The notes under the pieces are model-generated. The model was given only the letters and a program-made list of their open reading frames with translations. It was not told where the DNA came from and did not search any database. A program made the translations under genes and the position numbers. Positions 30,617 through 44,585 of a stretch of 64,000 bases of DNA are shown in pieces. Position 1 is the first letter of the stretch, and the number at the start of each line of letters is the position of its first letter. Source of the stretch: the human T2T-CHM13v2.0 reference genome, Homo sapiens; the NCBI RefSeq assembly GCF_009914755.1, contig NC_060934.1. One strand, given 5' to 3'.

Positions 30617-33600
30617 CTGTTTTAAAGATTTTTTTAAAGCCTAAAATAAAAGTGTACCTTTATTCCCTAATTGAGCTGCATAAGCTAACACAACTTAAGA
30701 ACTCTGGATTTGGTGAGCAATATATCAACCTGGTGAGATGTCACTGGTTATCTAAGATTGTTCAGATATGCAAATGGGAAGAAAATAGTAATAGATGAAT
30801 CAATAAGAGGAAACAAAGAATTTTAATAGGATCAATTTTCATGATGAACAAGCAGAGATTCCACTGAGGAAAAGAAAGTTAAGAGAGTGTTAAATGAAAA
30901 AAGGTTTAATAACCATCCTTCATGAAAATAAGTTCCTAAAGAAAACAAAATTGATGTGTTATAACTCACATAGACTTATTCCCAGGGTTTGAGGAGAAAG
31001 TTGGGATCTGGAGAGACTAGGATTGGAGAAACTGACAAGTTTGGCCAGGCTAAATCCAAAGACAGTGGTCAACAGTCCACTGCCAGCATCTAGAGGGGTG
31101 CAGCCACCTCCGGCTTGACTCTGGTGAGCAGCGATGTAATACACCAGGCAGCAGCACTGGCAGATGTGACGATGGCAGTCAGGATGAGTGACAGCATGTC
31201 AGATGCTCAGCCTTCCGGGGAAAAGACCCACGTCTGGGTAGTGTCAGGAGTCTGGCCAAATGACCTGGTGTTCAGGACCAGCCTTGACTCCCACTGGGAA
31301 CTGGAGAGAAATCCACAGCTGAAGCCCCAGCAAATGGAATCAAGCAACACCATGTTAGGGGAGGGGGGTGGGGGGAGAGGGTCACCTCGCTGTCTGTGGG
31401 CTCCTGAATGTCAGGGATGACATTTCTGCTACCACCAAGTCGCTATCATCTGTGGTCAGGACCTCACATCTGTCCCAATGGCTGACAGTGCTTTGGGAAG
31501 AATAAGGACATTATCCATACCTTGAATTTATCTATTCCTGATTTCACAGCAAAATCTTCAGTCCTCAGTTTACATTACGCTCAAACCTAGTGAGCTCCAC
31601 AAATAAAATGTTATAATTGTTTCCCAACAAAATCAATAAGAGCACAAGCACAAACCCCCTTTTCAGTTGGTTTTTGACAACATCTTTTCATGTATCCCAC
31701 AAATATTAAACGCTATTTTCACTAGAATATTTTCTGTTCCAAATATACCAAAGGTATTTATTTAATTTATTATCAAACTACCCAGCATAAAATAAGGCAG
31801 AAGACAAAAGCCACCTTTCAGCTGGATTTTAAATATATTACTCACATTTTCAATTTTGCTCTCTGAGAGCAGAATCTAAAGATTAATTCATTTTAGTGAT
31901 AAATGAAAAATGTGATTTTCAATGATTTTGACATTTTATCTGTACATTTTAGGGTTATCCATATTATAAGACAAAGATCAAGTATGATAAGGAAAATTAT
32001 TTTGTGTCATCATAATCCATCAAAATATAGTAAATATCCTTTGACAACCTCTGAAGACCATGCACATGTAAAGGATTGTCCTATCTCTGTATTACTACAT
32101 TGCCTAGCGCTGCCGGATAAACAACGGGTAAAGTGCTGGTTTTCCCAAACTGCTCTGCAGCTCTCTTAACTGCCTGCTGTATCAAGCCAAGCCAAGGGAA
32201 AAAAGAATGGAATAATGAAACAGTAAGCAGATTATATTGTTTTCTTCTCTCATAGAGCTTATCTTAAATGTGCAATTTAACCAAGTAAGAGTTGCATCTA
32301 GGAGAAAAATAGTAAATTTCAGAAGAAAAGATCTTTTCTTCAACCATCTAGCCTATAATATTATATACCTATAGTAATAATTCTATATCCCATAATAACA
32401 ATTTTTTTTTAAATCACTAGCTTGCAAGGTGACTATGGTCATAACTGCGAAATAGTTGCAATACTATTTTATCTAACACTTCTTGAATGTTTAAAAAAAG
32501 AAGTTCTAGAGTTTTTATTGAAGTCTTTTATCTGTACAAATTGCTTTGTATTGAGAAAACTCTAAGAATGGGAACATGACTGATTTTCTCCTATGTCCCA
32601 TTTCCCACACAGAAGGGCCCTGATTCTTTCTGCAGATCAAAGCATGCACCATATGTTCATCAGTATAGACCAGGTTACCCCATGGAAGCTCAGAAGTCCT
32701 CCATGGAAGCATGTATTGGGTGCAACCATAATTAACTAATTACTCAGGGTCGGGAGAGGAAAACCTGAGAATCCATTTTAACCTTGATATATGAAACTTG
32801 AGTGTTTGAAATGTTTTGCACATATCAAAAAACAAACTTTACATAAAAGCACTGTACAAATACAAATTTTATGTTGTGAAATCGTTCATTAATAGAAATC
32901 AGACAGCTAATGTTCATATCGTATTTTTCAGACTGGCTAAACACTCAGTTTATCACTGTGTGCTCCGTTGTGGGTAGCACATGTGCTGTTCCCACCGAAT
33001 GACACAGATTTCAAAAAAATAAGTATGATTAATTAGATACGTTAAATGACTGATGTACAAAGTTCCTGTAACAAGCCCTCCATGTGGTCATTTACACGTG
33101 GTAAACGTTATAAAACCCTTTAAAGACAATTTTTAAGAGGTCCAGCTACCTCCATGGAGTTAAATATTTAAAAGAGAGGAGCGGGAAAATTATAGCTAGA
33201 ATGTGTATATATACGGTAAAGAATAAACCACAGTGGAAGGGGATAGAAGGGAGCGCTTAGAACAATAGGATATTACACTTAACAAAGTGTAAGTGACGGT
33301 AATAACAGTGAACTAGAAAAACATACTTCATTTTAAAATTGAGCCAATTCATAGAAATATGTAAACCCAGTTTAAGTAATCTCTCCCCTCCCCCGGTCCA
33401 ATTTTGACTTATTGTTATATATTAACTTCAGAGACTCCCTCAGCTGACAAAATGTACTGTTTGGAGATACCCAGGCCACAATCATTAGAGTCACAGGGAA
33501 AGATTGTCACACAAAGAGAAAAGCCTGTTGAAATGACACCTTCTCAGAGATTTGTCAGTCTTTGTCCTTTATTTTGCATTTTCGGTGGGGAACAACAGGG

Positions 33601-35204
33601 AATATCTCTGCCCCTTGTGGCTGTGACTTTGGAAGCTCAGCTTCTATCTGTAAACTGGGGACACCGGAGCTTCCAAGCTGGAATTCTAGGATTTAGTTCC
33701 AGCCTTGGGGTTGCTGTGGGGACCGGGGCACCTTCTGCTACAGCTGCCCCCTGCTGCTGTGACCTCAGGACAAGAGGCTCAGCTGCTCTGCCCCAGTGGC
33801 TGACCGGGCTCTGTAGTCCTCCCAGCCATCATCTCAGAGCCTCAGACCACAGACCCCTGACACATGACTGATTTCATGGCAGCTGACCCAGCCTTGGGCC
33901 CCTCACCCAGCATGGCTGGTCTCCCCAACCAGGTCAGCATGCAGCATTGCACAGCAGGCCAGTTCTTTTTATATGTGGTCCAAAAAAATACTTCCCAAAA
34001 TCTGGGTTATAAAAATCTTACTTCTAGAACGTAGTCACTGGTCATTTCTATGCAAAATTTACCCTCTTCCAGTGTCAGTTTTTTCCCTTGGGAAATTATA
34101 CTGATTTCCAGTTGTCTACACTTCCTAGCTCTCTGCGAAGTGGAAATGCTCACAGAGGAGAATGCTTTTTCTCTTCCCAGTAGAGTGACTTCCAGTAGCG
34201 CAACAAGCCTGGCCTTGCTCTACTTGCTCCCTCCCGCTCTGTGGATATGAGGAGTGGTCCATCTCCTGGAGAGTGGGCACGAGAGGTCTGCACCTTGCCT
34301 TCCCCCTTTTTGGAGCAAGGATGCACACGGTGTGCACAATTCTGTTCCACTCCTCCATGCTCTAAGTGAGAGAAGTGCAAATTCTGCCCTGTGTAGGAGA
34401 AGAAGGAAGAATGTGGGAACACGTAGGAACAGGACAGAGTTTGAGAGAGCAAAATATGCAGTGGAGAGACTCTGTGTGAAGCACGACATTGGCCATATGT
34501 GTCACCAATTGGGTTCTATGCCTTCTAAAAGGAGCCTTGACTACTTACACAATTCACAGTGTCCACAGAACAACTAAGAGTTGTAGAAATACAACTATCT
34601 TTATAGCTAAGAGCAGAAGGCTGTAGAGATACAGGCTCATAATGATGGGAGGTATTGTATAATGTAGTGAGCAGTGCCTCATAAATATACACACAATTAG
34701 CCCACAGTGAGCTGAGTGTCTCAGAGCTACTTCTTAGCACCTCTTTATGTAGACCAAGGCTGCCACCCTAGCTCCTGCAGAAACAGTTGTGATGATCTGG
34801 GGAAAGGTAGAAAAGGAGAGCAGCAGCATAGAGTTCATGCATGTCTCTGAGAGTGTGATTTCATCCAGTTGTAGGTTGAGGAATCCTGCATGAGCAAATG
34901 GACTGGCTACCTGTGTGTCCTTCCCGGAATCTTCTGATGACACTGGGCAGTAATGAGTTTGAGACTGCATATCCTAGAAAGTGCTTGGGATGTAGCTTCT
35001 CTATTTTGGTAATTAAATAGAGACCCACTGGTGCTTAGTGACTTAGCTAAATCAACTGCCTGGCTGGGCATACTGATGACTTCATCTTGGAAAAGTAAAG
35101 GAGGCTCACCCTGACATGTTGGTTTAGAAATAGGCAGCTGGAGCCCCCCACTCAGGGGGTGAGAACCCGGTGTGCTTAGACTGCAGGCCTCATGGATAGG
35201 GCTA

Positions 35205-35543
<339 letters not shown>

Positions 35544-35910
35544 TCAGTCCTAGAGCGCATGGATTTGTTCTTGCTCCCAGGCCCACAATCTCCCCTGGCA
35601 GGATTTGATTGGCAGGCTGGGCTTATTTCTCCACTCTCCCCCTTTAATCCTCATGTCCTAAGAACACACCAACAGATCCATGCTCTTTGGAAGCCCCTGG
35701 AATGGTGGGGTCTATGTGGAGGGGGGTGGGTGGCAGCTCGAGGCTTGTATCTAGGTAGGAAGAAGGTAGGGAAATAGTAGGAAGGATGAGGATATCAGGA
35801 TGCACTCCTCCTGATGCCCCGCTAGCTGGCTTTTTGGCTTTCGATTTCACTCTCTGCTCCCTGTTCTCAACAATCAGCTCCTGATCTCCCATTCACACTT
35901 CTTGCCCCAC

Positions 35911-36050
35911 TTTATTTATTTATTTATTTTTAAAGAGATAGAGTCTCACTGTGTTGCGCAGGCTGGTCTTGAACTCCTGGACTCAAGCAATCCTCCTGCC
36001 TCGGCCTCCTAAAGTACTAGGATTATAGGCATGAGCCACTGCTCCTGGCC
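35911..36050 (-). mobile_element. FLAM/Alu left monomer
   Basis: Single antisense monomer with (ttta)n tail. Confidence 0.9.
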
Positions 36051-36191
36051 TTGCTCTCACTTTCAAGAACTTTCTTTTTCAAACTCAGGTTGGAAAGTGA
36101 AAAACCTCAGTATGCTACACAGATTTGTCAATTCAGATACCAAAATCAGAGAAGCACAAAATAAAAGAGAAAGAGAGAGAGAAAAAACTTA

Positions 36192-36281
<90 letters not shown>

Positions 36282-36631
36282 TCATTGGTTATTATCTGCA
36301 AAGATTAAAAAAGACAATTTTCTATAAAACTTCTATAAGCAATGAAAGAGTAACGTTTTAAACCATTTGTCTCCCAAAACGATTATGGGATAAAAGTTAT
36401 AGTATCAAAGAAAAAACAAACTTGTATCCAGAAAAAGAACTTTTATTAAAAAAGTGAACAGGAATATATAACATTGCAAAAATCTAAAGTCATTAGCCTT
36501 TATTCATTGCATTAAGTACAACAAAGATCATAGGAAAACATGCATTATTTGCTTATGAGGTGATAATTTGATACATTAGTATAACAGCTATAAATACTAG
36601 GCCTTATTCTTAATATAAGATAGCTTGAGAA

Positions 36632-36927
36632 GGCCGGGCACGGTGGCTCACACCTGTAATCCCACTTTGGGAGGCTGAGGCAGGTGTATCACCTGAGGTC
36701 AGGAGTTCAAGACCAGCCTGGCCAACATGGTGAAACCCCATCTCTACTGAAAATACAAAAAATTTTCCGGGCGTGGTGGTGGGCGCCTGTAATTCCAGCT
36801 ACTTGGGAGGCTGAGGCAGGAGAATCTACCCAGGAGGCAGAGGTTGCAGTGAGCCAAGATAGTGCCATTGCACTCCAGCCTGGGCAACAAGAGTGAAACT
36901 CAGTCTCAAAAAAAAGAAAAAAAAAAA
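36632..36927 (+). mobile_element. AluS
   Basis: TSD aagatag(c/t)ttgagaa on both sides. Confidence 0.95.
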
Positions 36928-37011
36928 GATAGTTTGAGAAATTTAAGATAATTTAATTGTTGAACTTCAATAACGTAATGAATGAAATTTTACTTTAAAA
37001 ATCAATTTCAA

Positions 37012-37311
37012 AGCTGGGTGCAGTGGCTTATGCCTGTAATCCCAACACTTTGGGAGGCTGAAGCAGGAGGATTGCTTGAAGCCAGGAGTTCAAGACCAGC
37101 CTGAGCAACATAGCAAGACCTCTGTCTCTATAAAAAATAAAAAAATAAAAATTACCCAGGTGTGGTGGTGTGTACCTATAGTCCCAGCTACTCAGGTAGC
37201 TGAAGCAGGAGAATCGCTTGAGTCCAGGAGTTTGAGGTTACAGTGAGCTGTGATTGTGCCACTGCACTCCAACCTAGGCAACAGAGTGAGACCCTGACTT
37301 CAGAAAAAAAA
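37012..37311 (+). mobile_element. AluJ
   Basis: TSD aaaaatcaattt on both sides. Confidence 0.93.
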
Positions 37312-37670
37312 TCAATTTTAATTTCTAGGTATAAAAGGTACTGTATCAAAAAATGTATTATTAGTGCATGTTTCCATAATATTAAGATTTTTTCATAATA
37401 TGAATTTATGAGTAATGCCAGTGATTCTAATTATAAATAATCCTACTTGAAATTTAAAAATGATGAGAAACACATCTAACCATTAATCTCATTGGCATCT
37501 GAACAACAACTACAATGGATTTGTAAAATTTTCTCTCACCTACCAATAAAGCAGAACTCAAGAGCAAGCAGGGCTGTCTAATGACATCTTGCAGTCTGAG
37601 AGGATAGTTACTGATGCCCACGAAAGGCTATACTTAGTTGGTTTCAATGGGTTTGAACTCAAGCCTAATA

Positions 37671-38015
37671 CAGTCATGAATGGCTTAACAATGGGGATAC
37701 ATTCTGAGAAATGTGTCATTAGGCAATTTTATCATGTGCATACATTAGAGTGTACTTACAGAAATATAGGTTGCACAGCCCACTACACGCCTAGACTTTA
37801 CGGCATAGCCTATTGTTCCTAGGCCACAAACCTGAACAGCATGTTACTGTACTGAATATTGTAGGCAACTATAACACAATGATATGTATTTGTGTATCTA
37901 AACATATTCAAACATAGAAAAGTTACAGTAGAAACATGGTATCATAATCTTATTGGACTACCATCGTGTATTTAGTCTGTTGTTGACCAAAATGTCATTA
38001 TGCAACACATGGCTG
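37671..38015 (-). mobile_element. Tigger3a-like MITE
   Basis: Terminal inverted repeats cagtcatg...catggctg with TA on both sides; reverse-complementary to the ends of the element at 15586-16589. Confidence 0.9.
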
Positions 38016-38189
38016 TATTATAGTTAACCTTTGTTGTAATGGTTTAAAAATCATTTTCTTCATACTACTATAAGAAATTTCTAGAAAATGTAATAAATCA
38101 TCCCTCAGATAGAACCTGTGATCTTTAGAAAGGACTGAAGAGCATCAGAAAATATATGACTATTTTGTCTTAATTTCTTTCAAACACAT

Positions 38190-39083
38190 AGGGTTGTTTA
38201 AAGCAAGAATTATGACACTGGTATAAATATAAAACATATGACAACTGTAACATGATGAATGAAGAAATAAATAGATATATAAATAAACATATATGTTTGC
38301 AAAGTTTCTATACTTTACATGAAATTGTCCAACACTAACTCCAAGTGGACTGTCAAAAGTTAAGAATGTAAATTACAATCACTAGAGCGCCTGCTATAAG
38401 ATAGAGCCAAATGGTAATAGATAATTTGCAATGGAATTCTAAAATATTAAAAGTAGGCAAAAAAGAAGGAACAGAGGAATGACAACAACAAAACCAAGAG
38501 AAGACATATAGAAAATAAATAACGAAATAGTAGACCTTAATCTGACCCTATTAATAGTAACAGTGAATGATGAATTAAACAATCTAGTTAAAATGCAGAA
38601 ATGGCTAGGATGTATTCAAAAAGCAAGCTCAACTATTTACTGTCTACAAGAGAAGCACTTAAATATAAATATACTGAGAATTTAAAAATAAGTGCATTGA
38701 AAAAGGAATGCAACACAAACATAAGAAGGCTGGAGAAAATGCATTTATATCTAGTATAGTAGACTTCAGGATGGAAGAAATGCTAGAGCTAAAGAAAGAC
38801 ATATAATGATAAAAAGATCAGTTCATTGGGAGGGCATAACGATCACAAACGTGTATGTGCCTAATAACAGAGCTAAAAAATATGCAAAGCAAAATTGGCA
38901 AAATTATGAGAATTAATAAATAACACTCCTGTCTCAGAAATTGATAGAAACAAAAAAATTAAATACATATAGATGCCCTGAATAACACTATCACTCTCAA
39001 TCTAATTTATAACACCCAACAATGGCAGAAAACACATCATTTTCAAGTATATGTAATACTGTCCCATGAAAGACTATATACTG
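38190..39083 (+). mobile_element. Old L1M inter-ORF and ORF2 5' fragment
   Basis: ctgtctacaagagaagcactt and atgtgcctaataacagagct resemble the ORF2 endonuclease region. Confidence 0.75.
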
Positions 39084-40314
39084 GGGGAGGGGCCAAGAGC
39101 CAATTAGAAGCAGCTGTGGTCCATGGCTGTCATGCAGAAGAATAAAAATGGCGACTGAATTCAGCACCTTCAACTGAAATATCCAGATTCTCACACTGGG
39201 ACCAACTAGGCAGACAACCTGACCCACAGAGAATGAAGAAAAGCAGGGTGGGGTGATGGTCCACCCAGAAGTGGCACAGAGCCAAAGAAACCCCTGCCCC
39301 CAGCCAAGGGAAGTGGTGAGTGATTGTGTGACCTCCCCTGGGAAACCATGCTTCTCCCATAGATCTTTGCAACCTGTGGATCAGGAGATCCCCTCATGAG
39401 CCCATACCACCAGGGCCCTGGGTCTGATACACAGAGGTGTGTGGAGTCTTGGCAGACTAGCTGCTCAGGCATACATGGAGATCCAGCAGTTTTACATACT
39501 CTGGTCCTGGGAATCCTGGCAAGGTGGCAGATCTGTCTGTACCTTCCCCGGGGAAGGGGACTGAATCCAGGTAGCCAAGCAGCTTTGTTCTGCAGGCCCC
39601 ACTTCCATGGTGCCTTACAGGTTAAGACCCACTGGCTTGGAATTCCAGACAGACAGCAGCAACAGGCTGGAGACGGCCTGAGATGGACCAAATTCCCAGG
39701 GGGAGAGGCGGCTGCCATCTCTACAGTTTGGTTGACTCAGCTGTTCTAGCCCACCAGTTCTAGGGAGTCCAGGTGGTTCACATGAGGAGGAGTCTCCCAC
39801 AATGCAGCACAGCTGCTGTGCAGAAATAGTGGCCAGACTGCTTCTTTAAGTGGAACCCTGATCCAGCTCTCCTCACTGGGTGGGGCCTCCCTGCAGGAAT
39901 TTCAGCAACTCCAGCCAGGGTTATATGTACAGAACTCTGATCTCTCCCTGGGACAGAGCCCCAATTAAAAGACATAAAATGGCAAGTTGGATAAAGAGTC
40001 AAGACCCATCAGTATGCTGTCTTCAACAGACCCCTCTCACATTCAAAGAAACACATATGCTCAAAATAAAGGGAGGAGGGAGAAATTTACCAAGCAAAAG
40101 GAAAACAGAAAAAAGTGGGATCACAATCCTAGTTTCTGACTAAACAGACTTTAAACCAACGAAGATCAAAAAAGACAATGAAGGGCACTACATAATGGTA
40201 AAAGGTTCAATTCAACAAGAAGAGCTAACTATCCTGAATGTATATGCACCCAATACTGGAGCACCCAGATTCAAAAAGCATGCTCTTAGAGTCCTACAAA
40301 GAGACTTAGACTCC
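39084..40314 (+). mobile_element. L1P 5'UTR fused directly to an ORF2 endonuclease fragment
   Basis: Starts ggggaggggccaag; GC-rich 5'UTR to about 39960; then PIKRHKMASWIKSQDPSVCCLQ and MVKGSIQQEELTILNVYAPNTGAPRF. Confidence 0.88.
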
Positions 40315-42425
40315 GCTCTATCTATTAATGTATACCAGAGGTGTTTCCAGTTTTTTGCTCTTACAAACAAAGCTGCTATAAACATTTGTGACCCAAGACT
40401 TTGTGTGAACATGTGCTTTTATTTATCTTGGGTAAATACCAAGGAGTGGGATAGCCAGACCATCTGTTAAGTATAGAATTTTAGAAATTTCTTTTAGCTG
40501 TCAAAATATTTTTCTAAATGGTTGTATAGTTTACATTTCCACTAGCAGAGAATAAGAGTTCTAGTTGCTCCACATCCTTGACAACACTTTATATGGTCGA
40601 CCTTTTAAATTTTAGCCATGCTAGTGAGTATATAGCAATATTTCATTGAGATTTTAATTTGTATCTCCCTAAAGACTAATGATGTTGAGCATCTTTTTAT
40701 GTCATCATTTGCCATCTATATATCTTTTTAAATAAAGTGCCTGTTCAAATAGCTTGGCCATTTAAAAAATTGGGTTGTTTTCGTATTATTACATTGTAAG
40801 AGTTCTTTGCATAGTCTATATGCAAATCCTTTGTTAAATATATTTTGCAAATATTTCCTCCCACTCTGTGGTTTGTTTTTTCATTAAAAAATTTTTTTGA
40901 AGAGTAAACTTTTTGTTGTTGTTGTTTGAGACAATGTCTTGCTCTGTCACCCAGGCTGGAGTGCAGTGGTGTGATCAGTGATGTGATCAGGGCTCACTGC
41001 AGCCTTGACCTCCCTGGATTCAGGTGATCCACCCACCTCAGCCTCTGAAGTATCTGAGACTACAGGTGCATGCCAACATGACTACCTAATTTTTCTATTT
41101 TTTATAGAGATGAAGTTTCATCATGTTGCCCACGCTGGTCTTGAACTCCTGGGCTCAAGCAATCCATCAGCCTTGGCCTCCCAAAGTGTTGGGATTACAG
41201 GCGTGAGCCACCATGCCTGGCTAAACTTTTTAAATTTTTGATAAACTGTAATTTGTTATTTAAGAAATCTTTGCCAAATCTGAGACCACTAAGATTATCT
41301 CTTATACCTTATTCTAGAAGTTTTGTAGCTTCAGCTATTACAATTCTGATCCATTTCAAGTTAACTTTTACATGAGGTGTCAGGTAAGGGTTGAAGTTCA
41401 TTTTTCACTTATTGCTGTCCAATTGTTTCAGTACTATTTGTTGAAAAGATTATCCTTACTACTTGAATTGCGTTTGCATCTTGGTCAGAAATCAATTCAT
41501 TATATATGATCCATAAGTTCTACTTCTAGATTCTCTAGTCTATTCCAGCAATCTATGTTTATCCTTATGCCAAGACCACTTTACCTTGACTACTATAGTT
41601 TTACAGCAAGTTTGAATCAGGCATGTGCATCTTCCAACTTTGCTCTTTTTCAAAATTGTTTTAGCTATCCCAGGTCTTGTGCATGTCTATATAAATTTTA
41701 GGATAGGCTTGTTGATTTCAACAACAACAACAAAAACCCTGCTGGGATTTTGATTAGGATTGTGTTTAATCTATAAATCAATCTGGAGAGAATTGACAGC
41801 TTGATAATATGCATCTCCTGAATCATGAACAATGGAATATTTCTGCACCTATTTAAGTCTTTCATTTATTTCAGCAGTATTTTATATTATTAACTGTACA
41901 TGTTTTATGCGTATTTTGCCATGTTTATCCATAAGCACTTCATATTGTTTGATGCTATCATAACTGGTGTTTTTCAAAATTTCAATTTTTGATTGCTCAT
42001 TGCTTATATATAGAAGTACAAGATTTTTGTATCTTGATCTTTGCAACCTTTCTGCATTCACTTATTAATTCTAGTAGCTATTTTTGTAGATTTGTTAGGA
42101 TTTCCTATAGAGATGATCATGTCGTCTGGGAATTTAAAAAGTTCTACCTCTTCCTTCCCAATCTGGATGTTATTTATTTTTGTGTGTGTGCATTATTGCA
42201 CTGGTTAGGACCTAAAATACAATGTTGAATGGAAGTGATAAGAGCAGAAATTCTTGTCATATTTCTGACTTCAGACTCAAAATCTTCATCCTTTCACTAT
42301 CAACCATGATAATAGTGTGTTTCGTAGATATCGCCTATCAGCTTGAGAGGTTCTCTTCTATTCCCAGTTTGCTGAGAGTATTTTTTATCATGAATGGAAA
42401 TTGGAGTCCCTCAAATGCTTTTTCT
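40315..42425 (-). mobile_element. Old L1M ORF2 3' region, antisense, interrupted by an AluJ
   Basis: Minus ORF MFIAALFVRAKNWKH; ctgctgggattttgattaggattgtgtttaatctata. Confidence 0.85.
40910..41222 (-). mobile_element. AluJ
   Basis: Antisense Alu; TSD taaacttttt. Confidence 0.92.
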
Positions 42426-42469
42426 TCATCCACCTGCTTCTGGCTCCATTATTTTATATTCTTCCCATG

Positions 42470-42800
42470 AACAAAATATATTTATCTTCACTCAAGGCCT
42501 TAAAAAATCTCATTGTACTATAGCATCAGCTTGCAGTCTGGAATCTCATTATCTAAATCAGGTCCAGGTGCAGATGAGGCTCCTTGAGTACAATCTCTCT
42601 TGATCTGAAGATCCAGAAACTAAAGAGACAAGTTAGCTGTCCCCACACAGCCAATGTTCCATTGTGGGACACAGGATAAGCACTAGAGATCCCACTCCAT
42701 TCAAGGGAAGAAGGAGGCATAGAGCAATAGCTGGTCCACAGTAATTTTGAAATCCAACTAGGCATATATTGCCAGTTCCTTGACTAGGACCAAGTCCTGC
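42470..42800. mobile_element. MLT1 internal-like fragment
   Basis: tctaaatcaggtccaggtgcagatgaggctcct and actaaagagacaagtta resemble MaLR internal sequence. Confidence 0.5.
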
Positions 42801-42902
42801 TCCACTTTTGGAGGCAAACTACCACACACAGTAAATATTGTTGGAAAACTTGAACTTCTGAAGTCCACGTAGTTGTTTTTACTCTGTATTGTTTCTCACA
42901 GG

Positions 42903-44020
42903 TATTGGGGGAACCAGCCCCCAATATTTCAATGTAGGTTCTTTCTATTTTCCCCAAGTGTTGGCCAGTCTGAGAAATAAAGAGAAAAAGTACAAAGAGA
43001 GAAATTTTATAGCTGGGCCTCCGGAGGTATCATCACATATTGGTAGGACCGTGATGGCGCCCCCGAGCTGCAAAACCAGCAAGTTTTTATTAGGGATTTC
43101 AAAAGGGGAGGCAGTGTACGAATAGGGAGTGGGTCACAGAGATCACACGCTTCAAAGGGCAATGAAAGATCACAAGTCAAAGGGCAGAGCAAGATCACAA
43201 GGCAAGGGAGAAATTAGAATTACTGATGCAGGTCCATGTCCCGCTGGGCACACACTGTCTTGATAAACATCTTAACAGGAAACAGCGTTCGGGAGCAGAC
43301 AACTGGTCTGACTAGAATTTACCAGGCTGGAATTTCCCAATCCTAGTAAGCCTGAGGGCACTGCAGGAGACCAGGGCGTATTTCATCCCTTATCTCAACA
43401 GCATAAGACAGACACTCCCAGAGCGGCCGTCTATAGACCTACCCCTGGGAATGCATTCCTTTCCCAGGATATTAATTATTAATATTTCTTGCTGGGAAAA
43501 GAATTCGGTGATATTTCTCCTACTCACACGTCTGTTTATATAGGCTCCCTGCAGGAAGAAAAATATGGCTCTATTCTGCCCGACCCCGCAGGCTGTCAGA
43601 CCTTATGGTTATCTTTCCTTGTTCCCTGAAAATCACTGTTATCCTGTTCTTTTTCAGGGTGCACTGATTTTATATTGTTCAAATACACGTTTTACAATTT
43701 GTACAGTTAACGCAATCATCACAGGGTCCTGAGGTGACATACATCCTCAGCTTACAAAGATGACGGGATTGAGAGATTAAATCCTATGCCTAGGATTTAA
43801 TAGGCATAGGAAATTATAAAAGTATTAATTTTGGGAACTAATAAATGTCCATGAAATGTTCACAATTTATGTTCAGAGACTGCAGTAAAGACAGGTGTAA
43901 GAAATTATAAAAGTATTAATTTTGGGAACTAATAAATGTCCATGAAATCTTCACAATTTATGTTCTTCTGCCGCAGCTTCAGCCGGTCCCTCTGTTCGGG
44001 GTCCCTGACTTGCTGCAACA
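42903..44020 (-). mobile_element. MER11 (HERV-K HML-8) solo LTR, MER11A-like
   Basis: Reverse complement begins tgttgcagcaagtcagggaccccgaac; internal tandem repeat; 6-bp TSD cacagg at 42897-42902 and 44021-44026. Confidence 0.93.
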
Positions 44021-44208
44021 CACAGGTGGTTCCTTATTTCCTTGTGTGCTTCCTTATCTTTGACTATGTGATATTAATTGCTCCTATAATTGTAGGGGAG
44101 AGAATTCTGGGAATTCTCTGAGGCTTAGGATTAAATTACTTCCTTACAGAGAGTATTTCCATTTGCTTCTTTCAGGGGTACTTCCTATTCACTTAAAACC
44201 AAACTGAT

Positions 44209-44340
44209 GCCAGGTGCAAGGTACAGTGGCACGTAGTCCCAGCTACTTGGGAGGCTGAGGTGGGAGGATTGCTTGAGCACAGGAGTTCGAGATCAGCTTA
44301 TGCAACCTATCAAGATCGCATCTCTTAAAAACAAGCAAAC
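44209..44340 (+). mobile_element. FLAM-type Alu monomer
   Basis: tagtcccagctacttgggaggctgaggtgggaggattgcttgagc...gagttcgag; single monomer. Confidence 0.85.
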
Positions 44341-44585
44341 TAACTAAACTGAGGGTTTGAGGTTCTGTGAATACAAATTTGAGTTGCAAATCCCCTGTAA
44401 GTCCTGCCTCTCAAAACCCTTCGGGAAGAGATTGTCCCCCTTGTGTTGCTCAGTACAGAGGCAACTCTCCCCTGCAGGCCTCTGGGTATTAGGTAGGTTG
44501 CAGGTTTACATTTGGTCACATTCATCCTGCAGGAATGACCTTTGGTTCTCAGCCTAATGCAAGAGATCACTGCTGATTACCCCTA

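Noticed and set aside
39206-39800. 170-aa and 117-aa ORFs
   Set aside because: Lie inside the GC-rich L1 5'UTR; no evidence of coding function
43810-43965. Direct repeats separated by a spacer (CRISPR-like look)
   Set aside because: Only two units, an intrinsic MER11 tandem repeat in eukaryotic DNA
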